This document shows positions 46,854-60,060 of a stretch of DNA of 64,000 bases, in pieces. A program made the translations under genes and the position numbers. This DNA comes from Antedon mediterranea (taxonomy: Eukaryota; Animalia; Echinodermata), in contig NC_092672.1 in the NCBI RefSeq assembly GCF_964355755.1, positions 6,138,001-6,202,000 on the forward strand, given 5' to 3'. Within the stretch, counting starts at the first letter, position 1; each line of letters opens with the position of its first letter. A model generated the notes under the pieces. It was given only the letters and a program-made list of their open reading frames with translations. It was not told the DNA's origin and did no database searches.

Positions 46854-49800
46854 TTATTTGTTTTCAAGTACTTTGATCCTTGATTCTAGTGATGTTACTG
46901 TTGATTTCAGTTTCTCTACTTCCTTCTTCAAAGCGTTAAATTCATCCTGAAAATGAAACAAATTGTAAATAATTAATGGTTTTAAATTTGTATAGCGCAT
47001 AATAAAAATAGTCTCTATGTGCTGTGGACTCGGATGTTACACTTTTCAATTACATACTTCTCCCCTAAGGGTCACGTCATGTCGGTGCAGCCACTATAAG
47101 GCGCTCCCTCAGTCTCCGAGTGTGAACTAGTACACCAGGGTAACCCCCTACTCGTCTTGAAAGATGGACTAGGTTCTTTAAAGTGCACACAAGCAATGTA
47201 TGTGTACACTGGACCTACGGTTTATAGTCCTTATCCGAGAATACTTGTTCTACCACCAGAACCATGGAGCAAGTGAGCTGGATTAATATAACTTGTCTTA
47301 CTAGTACAGGCAATAATTTTAGAAAATTCAATTTGAAATCGCTCCATGCGGGATGAATAAAGAATTTGAATTAAATTGAAGTAATTGGCTTTGATTGTAG
47401 TGTCTGTTTTCAATATGTTTTGTGTGTGGTGTTTATATTGGTAAAGTATACAGTCAATTCTCCCAATACCGGTCACCATTGGGCTGGGCTAATATTTCGA
47501 ATGTTTTTAATAGAAAAAAGGAGACCTTTTGGATCTTAAGACAAGTCTGTATTGTATGTCTTCCATCTTAATTTGATATTTTGACCTTCCAAGTGACCTC
47601 AATAATCAAGTATGCATTGCAAAAGCTTGGTTCCCACTAGGATACAATGTAAGGCCAAACTAGGAGAGGGAAATTGTAAAAATTGGTTTTATAAAAATCC
47701 TTTTTTTTTTTTAAACTTAAATCAGTTTTAGCTCAGCAAAATTCTCTGGAAAAAAAACAACCACCAAGTGGGTGGCAAGAAACACAAAAGGGAACTAAAT
47801 CCCTATTTCTAAAAGCAAGTGTTTCCCTCTAATACTGAACCGTTTAAGCTACCATTTCATCATATTTGTTATTTACTTTCAGAGTATATACTAAATAATT
47901 TAAAAACCAAGTGTTACCTCTCCTCCTTCTCCAGCTGCTGCTGCAGATCGGACAGTCTTCTTCAGGCCTCCTCCAAATTTCTTGACACTAATTGTTGCTT
48001 TCCCCGAATTTTTGAAGGAGTCTTGAAATTTAAACTTGTTGGGTTCTGCGTTTTTGCCACCTATCCACTCATCCGCTGTCAGGGCTGGTATATCGGAAGC
48101 TGTATCGGGATAAATATCCTCTTGGAAGGTCTCGGACTATTAATCAAAAACAAATGTTACTGTGGTAAATTAATTATATTACAAATTTATTAGTTTATTC
48201 ATTGTTGAAATACAATAATATAGAAATATCACATCTATCTTTAAATACAGTGTGAGTAGAACGCTCCATGTGGGACATTAATATATAGGAAATGCCTCTA
48301 TTAGGTAGCCACTTTCCCTGAAGAACTAAAGGGTGAAAAATGTCTGAACACTAAACCGCTGTTCAGGGAACACCCAATAAACGAAAACTTTATTGGGTTT
48401 CAAAAGTGTCTCTTCAACATTGTTTGTACTATATTTGGTTATATATTGAGCTTGCCAAAGTCACTCTTCGTAAAGCTGTCTGCACTATCAAACTAGTTGG
48501 ACCAGGTAATTTCACCTGGTTTGGCGGAAAAAAAAGAGTGATGTACCCAAATATGGTAGTGACATCATCATGTCCATATATGGGCACATTACATTTTGTG
48601 TCACATAAATTTGATTGTGTAGACAGAGCTTAATATTTTATAGTATACGATACATATTTCACTGAGTAAGAAAGAAAAAAATACTGTTAAAATATTAATA
48701 AATTTGCTTTCTTGAATCTAAAAATGTAGAAAAAAAGATGACTTTACCTTTCTTGGCACAATCATGGACATGACAGTGATGTTGTTTTTTTCAAATCTGT
48801 AGAATCTACAGATCTCCTTTAAGGCGGGATTGACTGCACGTTTGCAAATGTTGCCGATTCTTTTGTGTCCAGAAGAATCTGTTTGCGTGCTCAAGAAATG
48901 TAGATATGGATCGGCTTCTACCAACTCGTAGTAGCGAATAGCAGAGTCTCCCTGGAGGTCAAAGGACAAAGTAATAATAATAATTATTAATGATGTAAAC
49001 AGCTTTAAATCTGAATGTATTTTATGAACAGCATAATTCGATCTGATTGGCTTAAGATTGGCTTTTTGTTGAGTCGAGTGGCCAAGCGGTTAAGACAGAG
49101 GCGACCATTATTCTGGTGGTAGAACATGCTTCTCTGATAAGGACTTAAAACTGGAGGTACACATCTGCCTCAGTTTATTTTTGGAAGAATGGTGGGCGTT
49201 AATGCTCCATTCAACCCCTGAAAAATAATTTAAACCACAGAAACAATGAAAGTGAAAATATTAATCTACTTACCTTACCAGTGAGGAAGATTACATTCAA
49301 GTCACTATCGTAGTAAATGTGTAGAGGACTATTGCTTGTGTCCATCTCCATAAGATTTAACTTTGCCTTAGTGCTCTGAAATAAATGAATGTTTTGTTTA
49401 TTAATTGGGCTGTTGGACTTTATGTTATTTTTCCAGGTAACTTGGTTTTGTGAGCCAATTATTGGCAACTTCGGTGAGTATGAAAGAAACTTGTCCTATA
49501 AATAAATAAGCATAACAAGTTCATATCAACACAATTCACAATAGGTTTATTTTTAAAGTAGTTTTTTATCACCTGCTGCTTGTACAGATTTTTTCAAATT
49601 CAAGAGTTTTTCCAACTTCCGTAAGTGACACCAAAGTGTGTAGTTGATGTCATGAGTAAGGTTGCCAAACTAACGACAGCATAATAAAATTAAGATAAAC
49701 TTAAGTTTGATGAAAACATTTTTGCAAACATGTTTCGTTGTTATGCCGTTATTAGGTTTACTGTGTCAATTACAGTATGTTGTATTCAAACTCCTTAAAG

Positions 49801-52800
49801 GGATGGAATAATGCGAAGTCTATCCTTTGTTGCTTCCAAATGATGAAAACTATCAAGTATGCATTGTGAATATTCCAACAGTTGCTTGCGATTGATTAAG
49901 CTCTGTTTACACCATTAAACTAGTTTGACAAAAAAAAATGTGATGTGCCCAAATATGCTAGTGATATGCCCAAATATTGTAGTGATATGTCCATATATGG
50001 GCACATCAAATTTTTTTGTCATATAAAGTTTGATAGTGTAAATAGGGCTTTACGCTGCATCATAACAAACATATTCTTATATTAAACAAAGTGATAGCTA
50101 CAGTACCTGATTCCATACACGTAATTCACGTTCACTCATTCTTGAAAATCCAGTTGAAATAAACATGTTAAAATTGGCGAACTGTATAAACGAAGGTTTT
50201 GACCCTTCATGACCTTTCCATTTCTGTAAATAAAAATATAATATATCAAACAAGCATTTAAAGGAACCTTGCCAAATTTAAATATCAGAGTTTGCCTGAC
50301 ATACCCATGTTTACAATTATAGAATGCCAACATCATTAGGATTTTCATAGCACCCTCTATGGTTTGATAAATTATTATAGCACCCTCTATAGTTTCATAA
50401 AACCTCCCGACATCTCATTTTTCCAAGTTGGGAGGTCTGAAATTAATATAAAAATGCTTACTGCTTTCTCTTCCAATGTCCGTGCATCCAACACTCGGAA
50501 GTTCTTATCCTTGCAGGATACGACCAACTCAGAACCATCTTTTTTGAGGTCCATTGAATAGAGAAAATCAGGAAAGGTACAGCTCTGTATAACGTCACTA
50601 GTTTCTAAGTTCCAAATTTTGATGTCATTATCAGCAGCTGAAAGAGGAATAATGAATGTTAAAGATGAACAAAAAATTCTTAAATTTTTATTTATTTTTT
50701 TAACACGCCATTTTAATGTCACAAAATAGTTATCAACTTTAACAAAAAATTGGATTTAAAAAAAAGTACATTTAGGCCAAATAAAAAAAAATACTTGTTA
50801 AGCGTCACACCCTCATAAATTTTCAGGGGCGGGGGGACGGTTTTTTTTTTTTTTTTTTTAACTTTTTATGGAGGTATAATTTTGCGCGATGGACGTTTTG
50901 GCCCACTTTTTTTTAGGACGAAACGTCAAACTTTTAAAATGCGAAACAGAACAAAATTGACTATGTATGAAATATTATTGCTTATGACAAAATTGAGTTT
51001 TGTATTGTTTATATCCAGACGTAATTAAAACATTAAATTTAATTGCCACCGAGCGAAATTGTAGGCCCTAGACTAATCCGTCCAAGCTGCCACCCCCGCC
51101 TCACTCATCGGCGGCCATGGTCCGCCGTCTCTCGCTCGACTCATCTATCCAGGAAATTCCCTATCGCGAGAAGCATGATGTTGGTCTCAATAATACTAAA
51201 TTATAGTGGGCTGATTTTGAAAACAGCTTACGGCATTTCTTAAGTGAATTTTTATTCAACGTATTCATTCTTCTTTGATGAATCCGTTGCCAATTGCTGT
51301 GTAAATCAGTATTTAAAGTTGTGATGCGAAAAGTGTGTGTAATTATTCCACAGGTAAACCAGGCATAAGAAAACGCATCGCCGGGCCCATCGCCCAACAG
51401 GACCTCGTGGTGTGCCGATCTCGAGATCATCATAAACAAAATTGGTAGAGTCCATTATGTATGGGGTGTTTCCTATTTACGAACCTATAAAAAACGCGTT
51501 TCGACCACTGTGTAGGCAAAATATTTATTTCAGTAATCCCTAAATTGATAATCGTGTATTCTGTAATCACGTGACTGATGATGTAATCCTCAGCGACGTA
51601 CTAAGTGCACGTGATTTAATGTGTTGGGGAAAAAGCTTGCTGTTTACCACACATGATTCGCGGTGCTATTTGCGTTTCCTTGACGTAAATCGGCGGCGTG
51701 TAAATGAAACAATTGTTTTCACCAAATTGCCGTTGTCGACATAGAGCGATCGGTGGCTAGCTAGCGTGGCTAAGCTAAGAAGTACGTATTTTTCAAAAAT
51801 TACACCAGCCTAGCAAACATTTGCTAGTTTTGAAATTTTCAACTAGCAATTATGAAGAATCTACTAGCAAAATGCTAGTTTGCTAGCGCGAATTTTGAGC
51901 CCTGCTCTAGAGCTGGGCCGGGCCGCTAAACTTTCCGTTGTATATGGGTAAAAAAAAAATAAAAATAAAAAGAGAGGCGGCTGGATAATCAGGAGCGGGC
52001 GGTGACGCTTAACAAGTATGTTTTTTTATTTGGCCTTACCTTAAAAATTGTATTTTAAAGCAAAGAAAAGTCAAACTGGCTGCCAGTCAACGGGTGTTGG
52101 TTGATTTTAACCAGTTATTTTGTTATTTTATAAGTTCCATTTTTTTTTCTACGGAAGTGATTAACTTTATTAAAACTACAAAATAATCTATTCAAAGAAT
52201 GATTTTATTAATCTTAAATGTTCATGTTTTTGGGGGACAATACATCTTTAAAATATAAAAAACATTTTTCCAAAATAAACAGCTTGGACTATTTACAGTC
52301 CCTGCATTCAAGAAAACAAAAAATCTTAGGCCTTCTATCTAATCATTTACCATATTTAACATAAGTTGCAGTTTACTTACATGCAGAAAATAGAATGTTC
52401 TCTGCCGAGCGGTGAAACATCAACAATTGGACTTTTCGTTGATGTCCATCAAGTTGTAATGCCGCTTCTCGTATCGGTTCTTTTAGGCCTCCATCAGGAA
52501 TCTCGAAGAGCTTGATTCTGCCGTAATCATCTCCGCTTGCGATGATGTTATCGTTGAAAGGATTCCAAGCAAGTGTCAACACTTTGTTTTCGTGACCTTC
52601 CACTTTAGGCGCATTTTGATCTATACGGCCATACTGAAAATAGATAATACTATTAGTTACATCACACACATGCGCATGATGAGCCAGGGAGGAATATACT
52701 GTCAAAAACAAGAAAAACAAGAGACGGCCGCTACTCCCTCATTTTTCAAAAGTAAAATGTTGAGCTCCCTCTATATTCCTTGGCACACAAGACAGAATAG

Positions 52801-53513
52801 ACAGGGGGTCACTTGTATACAAACCAAACGGGGAGGTGCAGCAACCACTTCGAGACATGAGGCACTTGTGCTACCTGTTATTTAATGAAAAATACTATGG
52901 ACTTAAACTACCAAGATGACAGGAAAAAGGCCACGCCAGAAAGGGTGCAATATTTCTACTAGTTCCTGGCAAAAGGGGAACCGTTCATGACAGGGTTTGC
53001 GATAACATAGACGGCTAGTTTTTATTGATTCAAAGGTAGGATCAATTTAGCGATGGGCTTAGCATCCAGTATAGTTAAAATCCCTGCTAAAATTGTGCGA
53101 TAAATTGTGACATTTTGACACTGGACGGGTAAGGATTTGAACTACTAATTTCACCTCTTAATTTCCCACGCTTGTGCTACCAAATCCTCATAAATGCTGC
53201 ACCTCCTCATATTTTCCCACACTTGTGTTAAGAGGCCCACGAAAATATACCCCATAAATGCGGTACCTCCCTGTATGAAAATATTTAAGAGTGACCCCCC
53301 GGGATCAAAAGAAAAACTCACCTGTTCAAGTGGTAAAACCATAAATGCTCCTCCACCCTCTGTTCTTACAACAAAAGCCAAAAACTTAGGGTTGGCCGTG
53401 ATCATCACTCCATCGAAGCTTTCATTTGATAACGTCACATTTGTGAAAGACTGTTCAGCTGGATTCTTTTTCCCAAAAATGTGACGAAATTTACTTGCAC
53501 GCACAAATGCCAT
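46854..53513 (-). CDS. CORO1: Type I (short) coronin, actin-binding WD40 protein, about 451 aa
   Basis: Exons 53513-53322 (MAFVRASKFRHIFG...NPKFLAFVVRTEGGGAFMVLPL), 52633-52381 (LAWNPFNDNIIASG), 50637-50462, 50223-50107 (GHEGSK...STGFSRMSERELRVW), 49375-49274, 48951-48748 (GDSAIRYYE...IVPRK), 48136-47918 (SETFQEDIYPDT...LTADEWIGG), 46946-46854 (coiled coil with trimerisation motif RIKVLE, stop). Confidence 0.95.
46985..47245 (-). mobile_element. Deu/Nin-type SINE fragment with tail
   Basis: Reverse strand reads cggataaggactataaaccgtaggtcc...cttttaaagaacc-like core...gagtagggggttaccctggtgtactag; related pieces at about 4030-4130 (+), 12760-12950 (-) and 49073-49160 (+). Confidence 0.6.
48474..48630. 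mobile_element. Harbinger-type MITE copy in coronin intron
   Basis: agctgtctgcactatcaaactag...gtgtagacagagct. Confidence 0.75.
49899..50049. mobile_element. Harbinger-type MITE copy in coronin intron
   Basis: agctctgtttacacc...gtttgatagtgtaaatagggct, flanked by TTA. Confidence 0.8.
50775..52035. mobile_element. 1.26-kb non-autonomous DNA transposon with TTA duplication (Harbinger- or Zator-like) in coronin intron
   Basis: tta|ggccaaataaaaaaaaatacttgttaagcgtcac...gtgacgcttaacaagtatgtttttttatttggcc|tta; CpG-rich interior; nested hAT-like end (gagccctg) near 51898-51905. Confidence 0.8.
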
Positions 53514-54704
53514 TAATCTATAAAACAAAAAAGCCCATTGAAACAAAAAAATAAACACGCACTTAGTAGGCTAGGCCTAGCCATCTGGAATTCACTTTTA
53601 AATTAGTATAGGAGAACACTATGTATGTAGAACACTATGTATACAGGACACAACTAGCTGCACTATGGGAATATGTTTCCATATGTGTTTGATCAAAAAA
53701 TGACTAACATTAAACAATATGTACAGCGCTTAGAGGTTTCACAACATTAGGCACTTTATAAATTCAGGATACTATTATTATTAGTATACAGTAACACATA
53801 CTTCAATCTTTCAACATGTTTGTATAATATTGCTAATAAACGTTTATTGCATTGATTAAATTGCTTAAAATTGATGATTTACAGTATCTAATCATTGTTG
53901 GCCTAGGCCTACCTTCTTCCTTCCTGACGACTACTATTCAAATCCAGGAAGTACTGTTATGATCATAAGTACAGTGGGATTACCATAAAAGGATATGTTA
54001 TATATCACTGGTACGCGACGTATTATACTCTACAAGTGCAACAAATGACAATAATGAATGAAAATCAGACATTTTGGTACTTTTTAACCAAATAACTAGT
54101 CAATCAAATTCTTTTTTAACTAACTTGTTTTGTTATATTATGTGTTTAATACAATACTTTGTTTAAATGCTTTATTTCAGATTATAAAAGGATCCTAATG
54201 GAAATAATTTAATAAGTTTTCTGGAAAATCTTTTATAAATGTAGGCTATGTATTTGTAATGTCAATAATTTATGATGATTTTTCTAATAAATTCAAATCC
54301 AAAATTAATTCTCATATTTACAACTAAATTTTAAAAAACAATTAACATAAAATACAAAAAGAAGTCAGTGGCAGATTCAAAAAGTAAACTTTAAAATATG
54401 TCAACATTTGACTAATTGCACCCTGCCACGATACTTAAAAACAAAACAATGCAGTATAAAAATATGTTTATATATAAATAATCATAATAAACAAACATAC
54501 CAGTTGTTGACCTGGTTGACCTTAACTGCATAACTTGCCTTTAATTATTTTCAACCGATTAATTTTTTTTTTTAATATCATTTTATGATACTTTTTCTAA
54601 AAAATTCAAATCAAATTTTTCATGATATTCAAGAAAAATATTTGCATAATGGTGCATTAGTGTACATTGTGTGTAAAGTAATAGAATTCCAAAATATCCT
54701 ATAA

Positions 54705-54863
54705 AGCCTTGTCTACACTATCAAACTAGTTTGACAAAAAAGTGTGATGTGCCCAAATATGGTAGTGATATGGCCAAACATGGTAGTGATATGGCATCAT
54801 CGTGTCCATATATGGGCACATGATGTTTGTTGTCACATAAAGTTAGATAGTGTAGACAGAGCT
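54705..54863. mobile_element. Harbinger-type MITE copy in coronin intron 1
   Basis: agccttgtctacactatcaaac...gatagtgtagacagagct. Confidence 0.8.
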
Positions 54864-57424
54864 TTAGACTTCCTTATGGAAATACAGCTTGTTGCAGCTG
54901 CCCTGGATGTACACTCTTATTACGGATCAGGAAGTATGGCCAATAATTTTTAAATCATAAATCATCTTTATTATTTAATATTTTATTACCATATTTAGTT
55001 TATTATTCTTAATCACAGTTTATTTAAGAATAAATTAAATTTATAATAGGTTAAGTACTCAATTCAATGTTATTATTATATTATGTAAAATATTGATTAT
55101 TATAATTTTCTAAAGAAAGTCAAATTACAACCATATTAAGTCTAAACCAGGAAGTAAAATTAATAATGGGTTACTGCCATTTAAAAAACCATTATTACGT
55201 TAATCATTATAAAGGAATTCTCAGTTTGAGTTTAGGTACACAATACAATAATAGAACCTCTATTAAAGGGACACTTTCAGGGCCAAAACAAAGTAAGTTT
55301 ACCCTAAATATTGCCTCTTAAAAAATAAAAGAAATAAAAAAATATTTTTTAAATAAAAAATAGGATATTCAAATTCAAACATAAATATTGTTTTAAAATA
55401 ATTGTTCGTTTTTCAATTAAAAAAATACAGTAATAAGTAATAACTAGGAACCACTAACTATTTTTATAAAATAAAAATTATTTTACAAGCACTATTAACT
55501 AAATTATCTAACTATACATTAAACGAATTCAGGCATTCCCACTTGTGGGTCATTGACATATTTTATCTATTTCTAAACAGGTGGTACAGTAGATGAAATG
55601 AAAAAGAAATTAAAAAAGAAGATTAATTTTTGGATAAAGGATTTGAGTCGAGATTCAACAATACATAGTCATGGAATTTTCTGATTTACAGTACATAATT
55701 AATCAATATAAATTTAATGGCAACATTTGTATGTAGATATTTTAAAACTTACAGGGTTTTTTTTACTTTATGTGGAATTACATTATTTAATACAAAATAT
55801 TATACATTTTTAATGTACTGTACATTATTATGATTATTATAATAACCATTTTTATTATCAAATACTGTAGTACATTCATAACTTCAAAGATAAAGAAATA
55901 AATTATGTAAATAAATCTACAATTTATCACATTATTAACTGTTGATAAATTTTAATTTAATAAATATTGTCTGAACTTTCACTAAGATACAGCAATCAAA
56001 CGTTTCTTCACACAATCACATTTTGCATGCATTTGAGCAGACGCTGTCTCGCATCTAATTAGCGTAATAATAATTCTGCTTGTGCAGTCACAATGTATCT
56101 TGGGGACTGTCTTTGTGTATGTTGTAGTTTGTGGCTTTCAGATGCCTGGCAATAATTAAAGTACCTGGCAACTTCTACTGTAGGTCGGAGCCTAGGAAAG
56201 CCTAAATCTTTTTTTTTGTATCTCCATTGAGATCCAGCCACTGATACCCACAGCATCCAAAGGCAAATTACTGGAAAATGACAATACTGTGGGGATCAGT
56301 GAGTGTCTGGATCTCAATGGATACACACAAAAAAAGCGAAAAGCTAAATCAAAAAAACGATAAGTAAAACAGCCAGAAAAGTTAGCAGAGCTTTCAGGCA
56401 ACACTTGTCCTTCATCAATGCATATATATATATATTGCCTGTTATATTTTAGTACAACCTCAATTCTTTTTTCTTACATTAAGCTTCTTTTTTTTAGCTA
56501 CGGATATATTATGTAATCATGGTATTCCAAAATAAAGAAATGAATTAATTAAATAAATTATAATAAGAAAATAGGCCACACATATTAACATTAATATTAT
56601 TATTTTGTAATTCCAGGAAACATTTAAAAAATGGATTAAACAAAAACTGCTGAATTTGGAGATGAGAAACTGTATACCATTTTGCTACAAATATGATCAT
56701 TGCCTCAAATGTTGTTTGGATTTAATCAAATGTAAATAAGACATGAATGAAAAACAGGGGACTTGTAGAAATCATGTTGGAATACTTAATATAACAACAT
56801 AGATGATACTGTTAAGAAGACTAGCTGCCATATAATAAAACATCCACGAAATTGGCAATTTTGAATAGCCGGCACCATAACATAATATCAGCCTAAATTT
56901 TGTATGTTTATTTTGAATAATAATTTTACAAGCTTAGAAAGCAATTAAAGGAGCGATTCATCATCATGAGGGCTAAAATTAATTATGCATGACCTGCCAT
57001 CAACAACATTAACAAAAAATAATTCAAAATATATTTATTAATTAGGGCCTAGGCCTAGCCTAAATATTAGGCCTGTTTCGGATCATTAAATTTGCGTTGA
57101 ATTTTTTGATCTCACAAGTTAAAGTAGGCTAGGCTTAGCCCTGTTTATTATTAAGCATGATATATTCAGAGTATTATCAAGCCATGCAACAATGATTTAA
57201 CAACAACAACAACAACAACAACAACAGCGATTCTCCCTTTCAGGCAGAGCCGGCCTAGAGTAGGTATCAGTCTAGGTACAGAGAGGGCCTCTTCCTGCTC
57301 TGCCGCCTGCCCTCTCTGCTTCCTGCTGGCTGGACCAGCCTGGCTGGTGGTAAGCCGGTTTCGTGTTGTTTTGAATATTTTAAATCACAAACAATAATTT
57401 TCTGCTCAGTAATAAAATACATAC

Positions 57425-57630
57425 CCTTTTTATCAGAAACAGTTGTTTGAAAAAAAAATTGAAACTTTGAAAATGTTCTCGTTTAGCTGGTCTTAACACC
57501 ACGAGTTGAGTTCGAACTGAATGCGGTAAAGTTGAATAATACCCGGAAGTAAATGGTAGACACAGAAAGGGCGTTGTCAATCGACCAACCAACGACCGAG
57601 CCTAAACTTCGCAATTTAAGAGGGCGCTAA
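57425..57630 (-). promoter_or_regulatory. Probable coronin promoter and non-coding first exon
   Basis: Donor gg|gtatgt at 57424; CpG-rich stretch with ETS-type CCGGAAGT at 57543-57550; the ATG exon has an acceptor at 53518-53519. Confidence 0.5.
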
Positions 57631-58109
57631 CAGAATATGAAACTTTATTTTTAGTCATTACAATGATCATAATCATAAAGATTATTCTAACACAATTATT
57701 GTTATAGATACACTAACAGGTTCTGGTTTTCATTTAACGTGATGGTACTACAAGTGGATCACACATAAACAAACACATGAGTAAAATTAAAAATATATTA
57801 TAAACCAAATCAAGCAACCACCGCTTGCTGGGAGTAAACAGAGAGAATGATTAAGATCCGTCTTTTAGTTTTAACGTACGGCCTAAAATTAGTAAAATAA
57901 TAAAAAGTGGTCCACAATTTGGATCCTTGACCGTGTTTCCTCCAAAATTGAATGGAGTCATTAATTCTGTGACCATATACATTTGTTGTTTAAATGTTGT
58001 AAAGATCGTCTTGTAGTTTTGACGGCCTAAGTAAAATGATAAAAAAGTGGTTCAGAATTGGTATTCTGTTCCGAAAAGCCCTTTTGACCTCAGTCTCCAT
58101 ATCTGTGGT

Positions 58110-59491
58110 TTAAATTTGGTAAGGATCCGATTTTACGAGTTTTACCGAGTTGTACCGACGTGTGCCGAACATAATACGTAGTTGTATTGTTTCGATTAAC
58201 TTCAATTGTGTTGGGTTTATACACAGACTTGTTTTCTTGTCGCTATTGGTGTCATTTCGACGCGGTGTTAAGTTGACTTTCCGCGCATCTCCATCTAGTT
58301 GGTGTTCCCTCTTCTCAATAGTCAAGACGTCTTTTACTGTATCTGGAATATCATTTGCATTGTTCCGAAATTCTCTAAAATCAAAAAGAAAAGCAGTTTC
58401 AATCACCTAAAAACACTCTGATTACATTAGCTGAAAGCCTGTTTCCCTGAAAAAAAACTTTCAATACAGCACCATCCACCACCTTTTGTCAAAAAACGAT
58501 ACCAGACAGAGGCAGTGAACGAGGAAATTCACTCAGGCTTTTCCAAACCAAACTCAACATCCGTCTGGTGTTTATTTATATGTTTACCATCAATGGGGGT
58601 ATTTTACATAAATGAAAGTGCATTACTCACTTGACCAATCGAAGTAGTTTAACTTTCACAGCAAAAGACAATGCATTCATAAGCGTCTCGTAACCCTTTG
58701 AAATGCGCGTCGTAAAAACGTCATTAGCACGTGTTTTACACTTTCTATAGTTACTAATATACATACTTATATCATCATAATGATTAAATATATGTTTCAG
58801 ATCATTTGTTGAACTGGTGTACAGTCTGTATGGAAATTTAAGCTTGGGTTTCTGAAGTTTTGTCAGAGAGGACGTCGAACGACCACTTTCTTCGGGCCAT
58901 TCACCAAAAACATTTGGCGCTAATCTATGCTGCATCGTTTCTGCTGTACCATTAAGCGTTTCACTGAGGCGGAGTAACGATATACTGGCCTCTTCGGTTA
59001 TTTGTGTGTTATCTGCGAATTGGTTCATCGGTCTAATGTTATGATCATCGCCTATACTGATAATGCATTGGTATATTTATTTCTAGATATCGTCGATATA
59101 TCTGAAAAAATATACAATATAAATAATGGTCCTTTACATCCAATTCTTGTCTTGGTCTTTCATGCTTGTTCATCTTTTTAAAGATACTAAAATATAAATA
59201 TGTTTTCATTCATAATATAGGCCTATATTTGGTCAAAATAAATTTTAATAACAATCAAGAAAATTGGATACAACGATACCTAACCTGATATACAGTTATT
59301 ATATCATAATTACAATTTTATACAAAAGAAAATAAAGTAAAATTACGAACAATAACATACCTATAACGTACGTCAAAACGGGATGCCCTTCTCGTTGCCA
59401 GCTAAAATGGTATACAATTCAGAATTGAGAAAGAAAGAGCGTTACTTGCAGGGCTTAGGTCGTTTTGTTCCACGCATTGTGAACTCCTCTA
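58110..59491 (-). pseudogene. Unidentified spliced gene or decayed gene, head-to-head with TRAF
   Basis: ORFs 59028-58627 and 58406-58110 lie on the same strand with splice-like ends (donor gtgagt at 58630, acceptor ttttag at 58407); further exon-like blocks near 59361-59401 and 59446-59477. Phases do not join cleanly and no family was recognised. Confidence 0.35.
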
Positions 59492-59694
59492 TTATTCTTC
59501 ATATAAAGTGACGCAAACATCTTAGTGAAAAACATGAACTACGAAAAACACTTCTACTTTAACTCTCAGCAGCAACGAAAAACACTTTTACTTCTCCGCA
59601 GCAGCAGAATTTATGAATAGAATTGCCATATACAAGTCATTTTTTAAAATTAACTATCATTTAATTATTATTCAATGTTTCCAGATTGGTTGTT

Positions 59695-59775
59695 CTACCA
59701 TATTTGAGTATATCACTACTATATTTTGGCATATCGCACTATTTTGATAAACTAGTTTGATAGTGTAGACAGAGC
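59695..59775. mobile_element. Harbinger-type MITE partial copy upstream of TRAF
   Basis: aaactagtttgatagtgtagacagagct end with reverse-orientation internal repeats. Confidence 0.7.
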
Positions 59776-60060
59776 TTTAGACAATGCGCACTAACTGCAC
59801 TTTCTATAGTCTCTACGAAGACTCATAGGTTCCAGTACATCCCAGAAAAACCAGGGTCACGCATATCTATATAGCAACTGAAATGCAAAAAAAAAAGATA
59901 ATAACATTTATGTAAATTTGCATTATTTGTTATCGGTAATAAACTTGACTAGATCGTGACAATTGGTAATAAAGCAGCATAATTGATAACATCGATCGTC
60001 AAACTCGTAAAAAACAAGATATGAAAATGAGCATAATACTCGAAAACAGTCATTTTTCTT

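Noticed and set aside
47819-48193. Plus-strand 124-aa ORF and similar antisense ORFs (24224, 53194, 3121, 4420)
   Set aside because: Antisense shadows of real minus-strand exons.
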